DNA of 58,082 nt, counting the filler, from Sphacelaria rigidula (lineage: Eukaryota): assembly GCA_964200075.2 (NCBI GenBank). It is 8 parts of 8 records of this genome, joined end to end, with 100 filler letters (N's around TTAATTAATTAA, not from the genome) between each part and the next. Parts side by side here need not be neighbours in the genome. Positions count along the whole stretch, not along the records: positions 1 to 7,173 come from CAXNAA020016135.1; positions 7,274 to 14,446 come from CAXNAA020016136.1; 6 more parts are not named here. One strand, given 5' to 3'. The position numbers and the translations under genes are program-made. The notes under the pieces are model-generated. The model saw only the letters and a list, made by a program, of their open reading frames with translations, searched no databases and was not told where the DNA came from. Within the stretch, counting starts at the first letter, position 1, and every line of letters begins with the position of its first letter. Below, piece by piece: positions 1 through 12,900 of the stretch.

Positions 1-2
1 AT

Positions 3-2063
3 AAGGAGAACAACCTGACCAAGACCCTTAGGGCTCTTCAAGCGGAGTCACGCGTTTGCCTCAACACCATCGACAACCTCGACAACCTCATGAGTGACAT
101 CAACCACGGTCGCTGGGAGGCGGTCATGCCACAGGTTTTTGTGTCCCTTCTTGGGGCGTCATGTACAGTACACGTGTGTTGCATGCATTTGTAAAAAAAA
201 TGAAGCGGTTGCAATTTTTTGTGTTGCTTCTCTGTGATCCTCCTGTCCGGTTGTTGTTGTTGTTGTCGTCGTTGTCGTTGTTGTTGTTGTTGTTTGCTGT
301 TTATTGTTGCTGGTGGTGGTACACCCTCTGTACTGTTGTGTGTCCATTTTACGACTCTTCATATCAGAGACTGTCCCCTACATCTTTCCCCCCTTCTCAT
401 CCCGCAGGTGTCGTCGCTATCGCTGCCGCTGGCCAAGCTGGTGGCGGTGTACGAGCAGCTCGTGCTGGAACTACTGGAGATGAGGGAGCTTGATGTCGCC
501 AGGTATTGTGCGAATTTTCACGTGGTGGATCCGTCTTCTGTGCCAATGGAGGCGGTGTTGAATCTACTGACAACTGAATTGTTGGCATGGCAGTAAGGGA
601 GGGAGGAGCAGAAATGGGTAATGAAGTAGGATAACCCCCTTCCCCGGCAACAAATGTGATTTGAGATGTCGATTTTCGTTGGGGAAAAGAGAAAGTGCCG
701 CGTAACGGTGCGTTTCGCCGCTAAACGTTGGCAAGTATATATATAGGGGGGGGGAGATCTACCGAGCGGGATAGGAGGTGCGGGGGTGGGGATAGTGGAA
801 GGTCTTGCTTGCCTGCAGAACCACTGCTGCTGAGCATGTGTCATCCCTCATTCGCATCGATCAGCAAAAAATGACGGTGGTGTTTGCACCGCTTTCCAGC
901 TGCTACCGCCGGCTCGAACCGTGTTGAGAGACACGTAAATTTCCTGCAGCTGCGGTGTTGTGCCTGTCGTCTCAGCTGGGCTGATGCTTAATGTTCGTCA
1001 TTCGATCGCCGTGGTGGTCCTTCCCCGTTGGTTGCCACCTACCCCTTTATGCCTCCTTGTTTCCCCGCCATCCATAGACCGAGGGCATGTAATTAAGCAT
1101 CACCAATCTGTATTACAAAAAGAGGTGGCTTGGGGTAGGGTAGGGTACAAGCACCGTAATTTTGGAGTTGTCCGTACTTCAGATACCCTGGCATACTCGA
1201 TGCATGTCGTCAGTCGATACCCCAGGATCCCTGAAGAACCAAGGGGTTTCGCAGTCGATGGCGTGGGTATGCTGGAAACCCTCCGCGTTTTCGTAAATCG
1301 ATACATTTGATGCTCTGAGATGTTCATTATTCTCGGCATTTGTTTTTTTTTTCTTGTCCTTGACGAAAGGAGGGAACCCGACCCAAAACTTACCTCGCGG
1401 TGGTCATTTGGGGAAGGCGCCTTGAGCGTTGCATTGCTCAAGGCAGTGAGGGAGATGCTTCCACTAAAACCCTCCATCAATTTGGCGCAGTTCACGCGCC
1501 GCCATACTCTTGGAGCTTTGGCCCTAGGAGTATTCTCGGCAGTCTATACACAGGGCACTCTGGAACACTCAGTATTTTCGGGAGTCGATACCCCACAGGT
1601 ACCCTCGATAGTCGGTACGGCAAATTCCCCCCCGAAAACTCAGGTTACCCTGGGGAACGGCGCGTGTGCGTGTGTGTGTGCGTATACAGTCCATTTATTC
1701 TGGGCGCCGGCACCTTTCGGCATATTATGTGGGCGCACCTGCCGGGATCACACAGGAGTCTTTGTTGTCACTTCTCCACCTTCCTTCTATGGGGCTTGTC
1801 TCAACGTTTCCCGCGCGAAGGGTTCGGCCGTCTCATTCCCTCGTCGATAATGGAATAGAATTTTGTATGCTCACGGAGCAATCGCTCACCACGAACTACT
1901 AGGCATGCCATGAGGAGTAAGCCAGTTCGTGGGTATAACTTTACCGAGGGTCGAACTCACATCTGTAGGTCGTGTTCCATTCACCGTTTTTTTTTTTCCT
2001 TTTGTTCTAAACACGCGCACGGATCGTGTCATACCAACCATGTAATATTTTAATATCCAAAGT

Positions 2064-2111
<48 letters not shown>

Positions 2112-5100
2112 TTGTTTTTTTCCTTGGACGACCCCGGTCAACGACTAACGAACAGGGAGATCCTCCGCACGGCCGATCCGTTCCTCCAGATGAAAAAGGA
2201 GGAGCCAGACCGGTATCTCCGCCTGGAGCACTGGCTGCAAAAGGGAACCGCCATCGACCCCCGCGATCTGTACCCTGCCGGGAGTTCCAAGGAAAAGAGG
2301 CGTGCCGAGATTGCCAACATGCTTATTCCGGAGGTACGAGAGAGAAGGTGTGCTTCTATGGGGAAGTGCGGGGGGGGGGGGTAGGATGTTGATGAATAGT
2401 CCGGGCGTGAACGTTGGAATTTACTTTTTACGAACGGATTTGCTGTATGTACTGCTTGCCCAGGGACATGCCACAATTTGCATTCGCTGGATAATGACGT
2501 AAAATCGGGGTGGGGGTGCTGAGGGCGCTGACATAACCTCATAGTCGCCGATTTCGGGGAATGCTCAATAGTTCGTTTGTGGTTTTGGGCAGAGGTTTTG
2601 ATTGACGGCGATATCTTGTATTATTGTACGCAGTGAATCATGAGGAGCCGGGTGTGACAGGCGGAGTAGTGATGGTTGAGGGTGATTGTGTTTCATTTGT
2701 TTGTGATGGCACTGGTTAGTTTGAAACTCGGGTGCTTTGAGCCCGGATGATATTATTATTCCCTCTCGATATCGCGGAAAATAACTGTTCTTGTGTACAG
2801 TGCGGTGGTAAGTTCGTCGCCACGAGAGAAGTGCACGTCGCCAAATAATTTCCCGTCGAGACAGCACAATTCAGGGATTCTTCAGCACCACAAAAAGATG
2901 CTTACACTTGGCTGGGTGCCTGCGGTTTTACAAGCTGACTTCCGGCGATTGACATTTTTGATACTTTTGTTCTCGATTTTTTCTGTGTGGTCCTGGGAGT
3001 GACCCTGCGTTATCTGCATGTTTATATATTACACACACATATATACAGTATACATACAGGATTTTGTTTCCGTACGTACTATACTATGCACTGTCCTTCC
3101 GGGCGAGTCCGTGCTCAATCTCACGGAACCTCTACCCCTGTTTTACTCGGTACCTGTCTGACAATTTGTTATCGAGGACTGGATCAGCCACTCCCGTAAC
3201 CCCGCCTACTCTCTCGTCGAATCGTGTTCTGGTACTCGCGTACTCACGCTTCCTTCAACGACGAAAACCAGGTTTTGCTGAAAAAGAAACGGCAAATTTC
3301 GGAATTCGAACTCCCAACCTTCCGTCTCAACTTGCTACTCGTATGAGGTGTACCATTTTAATTTATACCACCGGAACGCGGCGGCATATACCTCCCTGTA
3401 TCTCTGTATATGTACATGTACATGTAGATATCTCAACATATGCTATGGTCAGCACAAAGCACGAACCGTTTGTGTGCACTTTCTGCCCTGTCTGTCTGTC
3501 GATCTGTCTGCCTGGCCCTCGCCAGGTGAGCGTGGTCCCGCCCAGCCGGCTCCTGGCTCTGGTGAACCAGGCCCTGAAGTGGCAGCAGGTGCAGGGATTG
3601 CTTCCCAGGGGGCAGAAGTTTGACCTTTTGAGGGGTGGTGCTCGGGCCAGCAAGAAGGATCTGGAGGAGAAGCCTCCAAGGAAGCTGGCCGGCCAGATCA
3701 AGTTTGGTGAGCCTGCTGCGGTCGTTTTGTTGGTTCACGCCGACCGGGAGGGAGCGTTCCACGAGACCCAGGGAAGAATCCCCCCCCCCCCCCCCCCCTC
3801 CAATCTTCAGGCCACACACGTACCCCAGGGTCCAAGGGCCCTTCCAATCAACACAGGGAGTACACGTTTGACATTGAGTTGTCGAGTGCATGACATGGCT
3901 GCAGATGAGTAGCCATAATATGAGCGACTTACACGTACCATTGCGGTATGCTGAGGTTTCGAACAAAATTTCAAGACATCTGGGCGACTGATACCAGAAA
4001 TGTATAAAATGCGGGGGCGTCACTCTCCCGCGCGAGATCCCGCTACCCTGGGATACTCCAGACGATGACGTGCGTGGCTGCGGGTGACGTCAAGACTTTT
4101 TGCACTTATTTTCATCTTTGTGGTCTCTCGCAGATGAATGCCCGCGCCCTGCGCACATGGTCGGATCTTGTAGAACTGCGCGGCGACGACCAGCAAGACA
4201 CGATTTCTTGGTCGTTGAGCTTTTTGGTCTTTTCGGAGGGGTGTATATTGACAAAAAAAGGGTATATGTTCGGGTGCCCAGTGCGAAGCCCGCAGCAGGG
4301 TCACCGTTGAGCCATAACGAGCATGCAGGTGTACGCCAAAGAGCATAGAAAGGGTTCGCTTGTGAGCGAACGCAAGAGGGCACGATATAACGTAGCTGAC
4401 AGTCGGCGGGTATACCCGGCTGGCGTATTGATAGAAAAGGGTTCTCGAAGAAGGTCTCCTTTTCCGCGCCCTGGTTTAGCCTGTTGCCGTGTGGAAAAAA
4501 GAGGTTGCGCATGCTGCCCAACTACCTTGGACGTGGGGCTGAGGCACTGGAGCATGTTTTCAGGTTTTCAGCCCGCGTGCAGCGCCGCGCCCGGGAACGG
4601 AAAATACGCTTTCTCTCTTGTCCCTGAAATAAAAAAATATACCTTTTTTTGTTTTTTACCTCTAAAAAATAACCCAAACATTATTTTTCGAAAAAATGTT
4701 ATTGTAAACATTGCAGCGTGTATGCTCAGGAACCAAAAACTGACCTCTGGACAGTGACTGATTGACAAAAACAGCACTGAACCTGTGGCGAGGAAAGGGT
4801 GTAACAGTGCCGCGTGTAACTCCAAACAACATTGCTGTCCCTTCCTTTTCATCGATGTTACCTTTTGGTCTGTTACGCAGTTCTCCCTTTTTGCGGAGGG
4901 GAGTAACAGGGAGGGCGGGCGGGTGGGATCAATAAACTCTCTGCTAGTGCTGTTCTACGCGTACTATTTTCCTGTCGAATGCATACTGTGGCGTCTTTAT
5001 GCAAACAGGTACACTTGTCCACCTGTGTTTTGGCTGGGAAAACTAGACGCGATGCGGGCACACACGAGCAAACGAAACACACGAATAACAACGACACCGA

Positions 5101-5220
5101 CACCGACACCGACAACCCGAATTTCTGTGCCTCGCAGGCACCAAAAGCCACCCCGAAGTGGCTCGCTTCAGCCCGGACGGACAGTACCTGGCCTCTGGAA
5201 GCGTGGACGGCTTTGTTGAG
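3..5220 (+). CDS. SMU1: WD40 repeat-containing spliceosomal protein SMU1, partial (LisH/CTLH region to first WD repeat). Exons 3-134, 408-502, 2156-2333, 3526-3706, 5138-5220
   Basis: The exons join through GT-AG introns with consistent phase. Translation: [103 protein letters not shown]...[47 protein letters not shown]...[31 protein letters not shown]. This matches SMU1 as I recall it. The start and 3' exons are not found in the contig. Confidence 0.95.
250..312. repeat. (GTT/GTC)n microsatellite in an SMU1 intron
   Basis: Visible trinucleotide run. Confidence 0.9.
2064..2110. repeat. (GTT)n microsatellite upstream of SMU1 exon 3
   Basis: Visible trinucleotide run. Confidence 0.95.
3295..3384 (-). 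mobile_element. Degenerate tRNA-derived SINE-like head
   Basis: The minus strand reads ccgcgttccggtggtata...gggagttcgaattccga. It resembles the copies at 21820-21892 and about 18850-18912 (A-box and B-box remnants). Confidence 0.45.
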
Positions 5221-5505
5221 GTGACAAACTTCGATATTCAACCCCGACCCCCACTATCCCATTAGTTCAGTCGAGTTCAATGCATCCGCTTGCTTGTCTC
5301 CGTCTCTGGAATGGAATGTCAGGTGGCGGGGAGTTGCCCAACCTGTCCTCCCTCCCTTTATTTCTGCTTTACTTTGATTTACTTTTACTTTTTTTTCTTC
5401 TGTTGGTCTTGTGTTCAATTCCCCTTACAGGATGAGCAGAAAGTAAGAGAGTAGTAGTACGAATCAGGGTTCAAATGGCAGCGTGAGGGAGGAGGGAGGG
5501 GGGGG

Positions 5506-5620
5506 TGTACCCATTTGTTGCTTGCCTTGGTCGTTTGACCATTGACCACGCATCCCTTTAGAGACGGAGCACCGTTCCTACTTTCGAATAGAGCCACCTC
5601 CAACATTCCGGCGCTCATGA
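5506..5620 (-). mobile_element. 5'-truncated LINE 3' end (family A) with TSD
   Basis: Same tail as the LINE ending at about 33290. Flanked by the direct repeat GTGAGGGAGGA (5483-5493 and 5624-5634). Confidence 0.75.
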
Positions 5621-7173
5621 CGTGTGAGGGAGGAAGGGGTTGGGGAGGTCACACTAGTGTTTGTGGGGGAAAGTCACGTATGTGTGTGTGTGTGTGTGCG
5701 CGTGCATGTGTACAATGAAAATGGTATATACTTCGCTGTGCACTGCGCTGTGCATTGAACTACTATTGAACTGTCCATGTTTTCGTGCACTCCCCGTCCC
5801 TGGCCCGGATGGATGAGTCTGTAATCTCCGGAGATCAGTCAACTGAAGGTGGTTGAAAGTACCGTACATCCCACGGTAGTATCGATTATTCAGGGTGGCT
5901 GGAATATCGACTGTCTGAAATATTGAGTATTCGACGGTACCTGAAACAAACGCTGAGCCGTACTCTAGCCTAGCCTACCGTAGCCTGGCCTAGTGTAATG
6001 TAACCCTCGTTGTAACCTCTCTACCCAGGTACTTGCCTTGCGCTTGCACTGTCATCGGAAATTGGATGAGCACGTCCGTAGCCCCTTTACTTGTGCTTGC
6101 TCAAATTTTGTATCCTCTCGGCCACTGATGGCGGCAGTGATATCACGACCGGAATGACTCAAGAACTGACCGTACGTCTTTGCTCCTGGGGAGGTGTATT
6201 TACACATTTTGTACGTGTATGTAGATGTACAGCACGCGTGCAAGATGCCAAGGAACAAGTGCGGGTGGCCTGCTCCACGTTTTGTTCGTGTTGAAATACA
6301 ATACAGGGGCCATTGGTAGGATTTATTACCGCCTTGGATGATGGTACTATGTCACGTGGGTCGCGGATGGCTTGCTGTAAGTGGTTCTCGAGTATCACGA
6401 GGGCGGCATGTGCGTACACTCGTATACTGCTCGTGTATCAGTTTTTCCCATCTTTACTGCGCCTTTTGTGTTGGCAGCTCCTGAAAGTATCACGTGTTCG
6501 GCGGAAGAGAGAGCTGTATATATATATATATATTTACATGTACATGTACCGGGGAGAGATGGGTTGATCCCTTGAGACCACGGACTCATCCCGAGGAAGG
6601 GGGGGGGTACAAAGTGTGGCACATAAATATATACATATATACGGGTTCGAGAGATCGAGCTAATGTGATGGATATAATAATAATATACATATTTTAATGA
6701 TTGGATACATTATATGTTGACATGATATGATGTGAAGGGTTTGTTCGCGTGTTTCCTGCCTTGTGTTTAAATTGACCCCTAGAGCGCGAGACGTGCTATA
6801 GATCGGCCTCAGGCTGGTCGCTCAAAGGGACTGGTGAAATACACTCGGCTGTGGTCAAATGGGATCGCGTTAGTAATAAGAAGGGGCACACACGGAACAC
6901 GTTTTATGCTTTTCAGCAGGGGTTGTGCTCGGAGACGGAGGGTCTTGTATACAATACGCTGGTATTGCGTCGGTGTTCCTGCAACGACGTCGGAGTGTGG
7001 TCGCCGATGCTGTTATGTACCGCGCGACTTCGACATATTTCGGGAACTTTTTTGGGGGGGGGCTTTTGGCGCATGATAGCCGAATGATATCGTGGATGGG
7101 CACCCTCCCCGACTGCCCCCCCCCCCCCCCCCCCCGTCAGGTGGCGCTCGTCTGGGAAGAGCGGGGGAAGAAA

Positions 7174-7273
7174 NNNNNNNNNNNNNNNNNNNNNNNNNNN
7201 NNNNNNNNNNNNNNNNNTTAATTAATTAANNNNNNNNNNNNNNNNNNNNNNNNNNNNNNNNNNNNNNNNNNNN
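7174..7273. other. Artificial contig linker (44N-TTAATTAATTAA-44N). Identical linkers at 14447-14546, 21720-21819, 28993-29092, 36266-36365, 43539-43638, 50811-50910
   Basis: Seven identical 100-bp spacers with a six-frame stop core separate segments of 7173 or 7172 bp. Confidence 0.98.
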
Positions 7274-7274
7274 T

Positions 7275-7333
7275 AGGAGCCCCTGAACCAGACAAAATTT
7301 CGCGAAAAAAGTGCACCCCTACCGTAGCATTGC
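7275..7333 (+). repeat. About 60-bp repeat, inverted copy of 14379-14437; probable DNA transposon terminus
   Basis: aggagcccc(t/g)gaaccagacaaaatttcgcgaaaaaagtgcacccctaccgtagcattgc occurs at both contig ends in opposite orientation. Confidence 0.85.
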
Positions 7334-7335
7334 CC

Positions 7336-8995
7336 CGACTATTTCGGTCCTTTACCACCCCCTGACTGTGGCAACACCTATATCTTACTCTTTACCGACC
7401 GCTTCAGTCGTCACGCGTCCATGTACGCAGTCACCGCTGGAGACTTCACAGCCGCAGGCACAGCGAACACCTTAGCTCACGAATATATCAAACACTATGG
7501 TTGCCCGAAACGACTGCTCTCCGACAATGGTCAGTAAGTTTGCTCCAATCTCTCGGACGAACTGTATACGCTCCTGGGCATTCGCAGCATAGCCACGAGC
7601 GCTTGCCACCCTAATGGTAACGGTGGTATTGAAAGAGTCAACCACACCTTGGCCCAGATGTTGTCTATGGTAGTTAACGATCGACACAACGATTGGGATC
7701 TCCATCTCTCACATGTCATGCTGTCCTGTAACAACTCGGTCAATGCTGCTACCGGGTTTTCTCCGAACGACTTACATCTCGGCTATTACCCCCGTCTGCC
7801 CGTCACCGTGTTTGAGAGACACACCTTCGATGGTCACCAAGGCTTGGATCAGGATCAGATATCCTACCATGATTTGGCACGTGCACGCCAGCGCAAAGCT
7901 TTCACTCTCGTGCGTGAACAACACGCTATCAACGCTTCGCGCCTTGAGAGGTATAATAATGCCCTCTACAATTTGATGCACAAACGCCCTACTTGAAAGG
8001 TTGGCGATTGGGTTTGGGTTTACAACAGCTTGTCAACCATCCGCCAAGTCGCCGACAGAGCCGCCAAGGATACCGTCTTGAAGACTAAGCTCTCCCTTAA
8101 CTGGACAGGACCATTCAAGATCCTGACCGTCGGACCCTCGCCATCGTCACCTGGTGGCAGGCCTGTTGGTGACAAACTTCTTTTTCTCGATCTCCCTCGC
8201 AACCTTCAGGGACATGAAGCCAAATCCTGCGTCTCTGTGCACCGTTGCAAACCTTGCACCAACCCGCATGACACTAGAGACATGCCCAAATATTTGCCTG
8301 CCGGGCTTAAACAATACGTACTCAACAGCTATTCGACCAAGTCACCACCTTATGACGTTACTACCGACGATGTGACGGAACAACCCCTTCGCCTCGCCGC
8401 GTCCCATATCTCCGGCCACCAGATCATCCTCGGTCGAGGCGGTAAGATTGCTGTCATGTACAAAACTCACTGACAAGGTCTTCGGAGAGCGTCTTGGGAA
8501 CGCGAATCCGACCTTTAGTTGCACCGCCGAGCTATTCTCCTGTACTGGACACAACCTCAGCAGCAACATCTTGCTAACAACAAGACATATCGCAACATGG
8601 GCCGCGGCGCAGCAGCACGCGAACTTCACTGTGACAAAGGTTTGCGCTTTGTCGCCGATGGCTATGAATTGGTAGCCACCAAATATTGAAAAGAAAAGAT
8701 CCGCGCGAAACAGGAAATCCTCCCCAAACGCGCCTATTTCTGGTACAAAGGCAGCGACAACCTCTGGTGGCTGGGCCAGACCCATTCCACGGATCTAACC
8801 GCGCCTGACACATACATCGTGCGCTTCATCGATGACCCCGGACGCGTGCAACTCAAGCTCCGCCCAGAGCTTTATACCGCCAGTCCATGCGCACCACGAG
8901 GGTCTTGGCGTCTTCAGCGACTCAAATCCAAAGACCTCCGCCGCGGAGTCCAACACAACATCGATCGCACACATGATGTTAACGCACCGCTTTAA
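7336..8995 (+). mobile_element. Decayed Ty3/Gypsy pol 3' part: integrase core, GPF motif, chromodomain-like segment and extra C-terminal extension
   Basis: DYFGPLP...GNTYILLFTDRFSRH...GCPKRLLSDNG...HPNGNGGIERVNHTLAQML...NNSVNAATGFSP; KLSLNWTGPFKIL; VMYKTH*QGLRRASWERESDL. Several in-frame stops. Confidence 0.9.
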
Positions 8996-9986
8996 GCTTC
9001 CACAGACCTCCTGATTTTCGATCCACTACATTTTTCTTTTTTCTTCTATTTCCTTCCCCTGTCATTTAGATATTTCCCCCTGCTTCCATCATTCAGGACA
9101 CATCAGTGCCATCCACCGGCTTCTACAACAGCCTACAACCGGAGCTCCTTCGGCGCACAACCACGGACCACGAATGGAACTTGCCTGGAGCACCTTCATC
9201 CTCGGCTACTAGAGCTTTTCGTATTCTCGCTCTTGACTTGTTTGACTGGCACTGGACCCCTTGCAGTCTTAGAGTTGCTGATTTCTTTGCTTTCCTCGGC
9301 CACCATGCGCTCGCCGCATGTGATTGACCTTTCGGTGGTTGACTTTGGTACCACCCACGTAGACGTTGTGCCCCTGGTGTGTTTACCCTTTTGCCTCTTT
9401 ATATTGGCTAGCACGTCGAAGCACTTTTGTGTTCGTCTGTTAAGTTCGCTAGCCCGCAGCAGCACTGTGTGCTCCTGCGTCTTCAAGCGCACTTGTGCTT
9501 TTCGGTAGCAGATTTCGCTTCCCTTGTTTGGGGTGTGGGAGGATCGGGCAACGGAGTGGATGTTGCCCTTCTGGTCTGGGGTGTACCTTGGCTTTCCTCA
9601 CTAACACAATATGTTACGCATCCAATAGTCATCCTCCAAAACATCAATCCAGGATCCACCACATATCTACATGTTGCATGTATACTGTAGGTGGACTACT
9701 CTACAGCACCCTCCAAAACTTCACACTACTCGAAGTAGAAAGCGAATTTGACAAAACAATAGACACCGACAGTACCCTACGATGTCAACAAGAGACAAGC
9801 ATTTAAAATCAGACCGCATCAGGTCAAATCATGATGCCCCCCCCAGTATAATCCTAAAACACCAGCACAAGCTACTCCAACATGTTAGGCAAACAATAAC
9901 CAAGCTGTATACTCAAGGTACACCAAATTGCATAATAGAATCCATGAACTACGCCAACAACCAATCACATCTTGAAACCCAATCAA

Positions 9987-12900
9987 TCAGAGCTTGAGCC
10001 CATAGTTAGCCAGCAAACGCGCCCGTACCTGCTTTGTTAGTCGCAACGTCCGCAATTCAGAACGTACAAACTGCGGGGCTCCTTGCAAAATGGCTTCCAG
10101 AGGCTCCCACGAGCTCTCATCCTTGCCGAAACCTACCCATTGCACGTGTACAACGAACCTATCACCGTCTTGAGCTTCGGACAAGTCAACGATCGCCTCC
10201 ATCTCAAACCCCCCTTGCGCAAACGCATACTGGAACACTTCCTTCAGATCCGCAGTGACCTCCAGCTCCTTGTCCGCGTAGTACCGTAGACGGGAGACAT
10301 GCGCGTCCTTCACCTCTACGTTGACGATATTCTGAATCTAGTACACATATTGATGCTCCGCTGCCACGATCCTCCACGGTCCCGTCCACGTACTTATGAG
10401 TTTTGGCGTTGTACCTGAGCGCCTAACCCTCGCAGCCAACACATAGTCACCCAACATGAAATTTTGCAACTGTCCCTTACTAGCTACACGTCGTTGCAGT
10501 TCACGAGTCTTCTCAACACGCTGCGCCACCTCCTTATGCAACGCTTGCTGCGCCTCCACTGCCACCTTCTCCCGCAGCATGTCCTCATCCAGCACATCAA
10601 GTCGCCACTCGCCGCCGGTCGACGATGCCAGGGTCGAAAGACTTGTGCGCAGCGCCCGTCCAAACATCACATGGTATGGCGTACTGGCGTAGCGCTCACG
10701 GAATGCCGTGTTCAATGCCTACTGTACGGCAGGCACCAGTCCCACCCAGTCACGAAAGTCGCGCCTCTCTTCTTGCAGCATGGCCTTCAAAGTACGGACA
10801 ACCTCTCGCATCATCCTTTCACACGTACGATTTGACCACGGCGAGTTTGGAACCGCGAACCTCCGGTCCAGCTTCAGCGCCTTCTCCAATGCTCGCATCA
10901 CATGGTTAAAAAAATGCGATGCGGTGTCACTAACCCACACCTCCGGCGGACCCAACGCCTTGCACCAAGCCAACAGATGCTGCACAGTCGCTGCAGCTGT
11001 ACAAGACTCGGTGGGCTCCAACCACGCGAAATTGCACAGATCATCCATAATTTAAAATATGTACTTGTTCCCGTCGCCTTCATCCAGGTCGCTCTTGCCC
11101 AGCGGGCCACTTTCGCCAACGTACAGGTAATCAAGATGTATCACTTCACCGGGCCGTGTGCCATGCACTATCTCCCCTAGTGGCCGCGGGACCATCTCAC
11201 CCGCTTTCGAGTCCACACAATGCAAGCACTTCCTCACAAAATCTGTCACATGAGCTTTCATTTGAAGCCAACAGCAATACTCTTGCAGCCGCTGCAGTGT
11301 CGCCACAACACCCCGATGACCCACCTCCTTCACACACCATCAAGCGTCTTTGCGGCTCTTTTGCTTGCGGCGGGATCCACAACACATTTCGCCCTGCTAC
11401 ATGCACGCGAAATAAACCCTCACCGTATTTTGAAACTCGCCCAACAGCTGCTGCAAGGGTAGGGGCTCCAGCATTCATCACTCCAAACCCAGCTTGAGCC
11501 TGCTCTTGGGCCTCACGAATAGCGTTTTTCGACGGCAGCGTTTCATCAGGCTGACCGCTCGCAAACACGGCCGCAGCACGCACAGACACCGCCGGAACGT
11601 TTACTCACCTTGACAATAAATCTCCCCAGCAGTTGCGCTCACCAGCAATGTGCCTGATGGAGTAATCGTACTGCCCGAGCACAGCCTTCCATTGCTCGAG
11701 CTTCTGGGCAGCAGTCTTAGACACGGATGCAACGCACGCCTCGGGGTTAAAAATGTATGCTTGGTTACGATGATCGGTAAAGATATGTACCCCACCCCAG
11801 AGAAGATACTCCAACCTACGGAAAGTACTAACGATTGCATAGCCTTCCTTGTCCACCGTAGCCCACCGAACCTGCGCTCCACGAAACGTTCCGCTGAGAA
11901 ACCCCCTCGGCTCGTGGCTCATGTCTTCCACCGCCAATATACCACCCAACTCATCCTCCGGCACCTGCGTAAGAAAACTGCCCAAGTGTAGATCCGATGC
12001 GTCTGGAAACATGAGAACCTCATACCCTTGCTTGGGATATGACAAAGCGACGGCATGCGCCACCAAATCTTGCGCCTCGTGCCACGCCTGAGCACGCCTG
12101 GAAGTCCATGCCGACTCCTCGATTGTCCGATTTGACGCCACTCGCTTGGTACGGCGCACGTTCCCCTGCATGTGTTCCTCCATTTATACCCGCATCCGCT
12201 CCACCACCTCCGCCAAACGCAGCAGGGACGTTCTCAGCCATATTACCGCCTGCAGGAACTGCATAAGCTCGCCTGCTGTGCGCGGGCGCTAAGATTGGCC
12301 AGCCCGCTCAGTCTCTCGCGATCATGAGCCACTTGATCACCTGAAAAGACCTTTTCGCACCAAGTGATCTGTGTGTCGTAGAACATGCACTTGTGCGCAG
12401 CCGCAAAAAGACCAGCATCCTCCAAACGGCCCAAAATCTCGTCAAGTGTACACAAGAGATCATCCTTATCTTTACCCCACCACAAATTATCATCCACCCA
12501 TACTTTGCACTGAAGTCCGGTCAATAATCCTGTCATGATACCTTGGAAGTACCCCGTCGCATTCAACACCCCTTGCGGCACCCGCGTGGGGGTAAACAGA
12601 CCTTCGGGAGTCGCGATCGTGAATATTTCTTGTGCATCAGCCGCCAACGGCATCTACCAGTATCCCTGCAGCATATCAATCTTGCCAAAACACGCAGCGC
12701 CCAGCAGGCCGATCATCTCCGCCTCGTGGTTAGGCATAACATTCGGAACCTTCTCAATCTGCTTGTTTACCGCGCGATAATCACTCACCGGTCGATAACC
12801 GTCCTTCTTTCGCGTCGCCATGGCCGCACTCGCCCACACCGCCTGCAAGCTGCGAAATACTAGCCCAAGCGCCACCAGCGTCGCCATACACCCTGCTAAC

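Noticed and set aside
159-596. Poly-Cys, poly-Leu and poly-Thr ORFs
   Set aside because: These are translations of an intronic GTT microsatellite; only 408-502 is coding (SMU1)
7218-7229. TTAATTAATTAA recurring about every 7273 bp as a biological periodic motif
   Set aside because: It is always embedded in 44 N on each side and is an artificial six-frame-stop linker
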